Shown in pieces: positions 62,370 to 64,000 of a DNA stretch of 64,000 nt. Numbering within the stretch: the stretch's first letter is position 1; each line of letters begins with the position of its first letter. Below the pieces are notes generated by a model that did no database searches, was not told where the DNA came from, and saw only the letters and a list, made by a program, of their open reading frames with translations. The stretch covers positions 13,238,485 to 13,302,484 of the forward strand of contig NC_134027.1 in assembly GCF_964204645.1 (NCBI RefSeq), written 5' to 3'. The stretch is from Tubulanus polymorphus. Its lineage: Eukaryota; Animalia; Nemertea. The translations under genes were made by a program, and so were the position numbers.

Positions 62370-64000
62370 TAAATATTAGTTATCAAAAAACAAAGTCAGT
62401 TTATTTGAGATAGCCTAAGTATAGAAACAACTCCTAATATAGATTAAGTCTTTTAATAGTGTATATGTATTAATTATCAAACACCAAAGTCAGTTTACTT
62501 GAGATGAGTATAGAAACAACTCCTACTATAGATTAAGTCTTTTTATAGTGTATAAGTATTAATTATCAAAAACCAAAGTCTGTTTATTTGAGATACGTAT
62601 AGAAACAACTCCTTGATTATCAAAAAACCAACAGTCAGTTTATTTGAGATGAGTATAGAAACAACTCCCTATTTGTTATAAAAAACCAAATAAGTCTATT
62701 TGACATGAGTAGAGTAACGGCTCATACTATAGATTATGCTTTTTATAGTGTATAACTATAGGCCTAAGTCATCAAAAATGAAAATCAGTCTATGTGAGAT
62801 GAGTATAGAAACCATTTGAGATGAGTATATAAAAATGGTCTTTTTCATAGTGCATAATTATTAACCATGAAACACCAAAGTCAGTCTAGTTGAGATATGT
62901 ATAGAAACGACTCCTACTATAGAGTAAACTTTTTCATTGTGTCTATTAGTCATCAAAAACTAAAGTCAGTTTATTTGAGATGAGTATAGAAACAACTACA
63001 ACTTTAGATTAAGCCTCTTTATTGTGTCTATTAGTCATCAAAAACTAAAGTCATTTTATTTGAGATAAGTATAGAAACAACTCCTACTATTGAGTAAGCT
63101 TTTTCATTGTGTCTATTAGTCATCAAAAACTAAAGTCAGTTTATTTGAGATGAGTATAGAAACAACTACAACTATAGATTAAGCCTCATTATTGTGTCTA
63201 TTAGTCATCAAAAACCAAAAGTCAGTTTATTTGAGATTAGTATAGAAGCTTTTTTATAGTGAATAAATATTAGTTATCAAAATCAGCAGTGAGTTTATTT
63301 GAGATATGTATAGAAACAACTCCTACGATAGATTAAGTCTTTTTATAGTGTATAAGTATTAATTATAAAAAGCCATAGTCAGTTTATTTGAGATGAGTAT
63401 AGAAACAACTCCTACTATAGATTAAGCCTTTTTATAGTGTATAACTATTTGTCATCAAAAACCAAATCAGTGTATTTGACATGAGTATAGGAACGACTCT
63501 TTCTATAGATTAAGCTTTATTTATAGTGTATAAATATTAATTATCGAAAACCAACAGTTAGTTTATTTGAGATGAGAATAGAAACAGATACTCCTATAGA
63601 TTAAGCCTCTTTATTGTGTCTATTAGAATCAAAAAACCAAAAGTCAGTTTATTTTAGATTAGTATAGGCCTAGAAACAATTCCTACTATAGAGTAAGCTT
63701 TTCATTGTGTCTATAAGTCGTCAAAAACTTAAGTCAGTTTATTTGAGATGAGTATAGAAACAACTCCTATAGATTAAGCTTGATTATAGTGTTGAATATT
63801 AGTTATCAAAAACCAACAGTCAGTTTATTTAAGATGAGTATAGAAACAACTCCTACTATAGATTAAGTCTTTTTATGGTGTATAAGTATTAATTATCAAA
63901 AACCAAAATCAGTCTATTTGAGATGAGTATAGAAACGACTCCTACTATAGATTAAGCTTTTTTATAGTGTATAAATATTAGTTATCAAAACCAGCAGTCA
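62370..64000. repeat. ~85-90 bp AT-rich satellite array running off the window
   Basis: agtcagtttatttgagatgagtatagaaacaactcctactatagattaag...tcatcaaaaaccaa, roughly 19 copies. Confidence 0.93.

Overview
Repeat-dense, AT-rich eukaryotic DNA, probably invertebrate. No host gene is recognisable; the window is a stack of nested mobile elements. (1) 540-10266: a full-length but mutated Ty3/Gypsy LTR retrotransposon with very long LTRs, a tRNA-Leu PBS, a -1 frameshift signal with pseudoknot and an extra zinc-finger ORF3 that looks spliced. (2) 10.3-30.9 kb: many MITEs, plus a pearl/HINE (Helentron-like) element containing a CR1/L2-type LINE that contains another HINE. (3) 32.4-43.5 kb: a decayed minus-strand Gypsy whose gag is split by a ~6 kb element with terminal inverted repeats (TIRs). 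(4) 47.2-56.8 kb: a deleted Polinton/Maverick-like element with a protein-primed PolB, an integrase chromodomain remnant and a packaging ATPase. A Penelope-like retroelement with hammerhead ribozymes interrupts the ATPase. (5) MITEs and an ~85-90 bp satellite at the end. The top finding is a 355-codon LAGLIDADG intein, resembling the Mimivirus PolB intein, inserted in the catalytic YxD/TD motif of the Polinton polymerase. All family calls come from motif recognition by eye; no database search was run.
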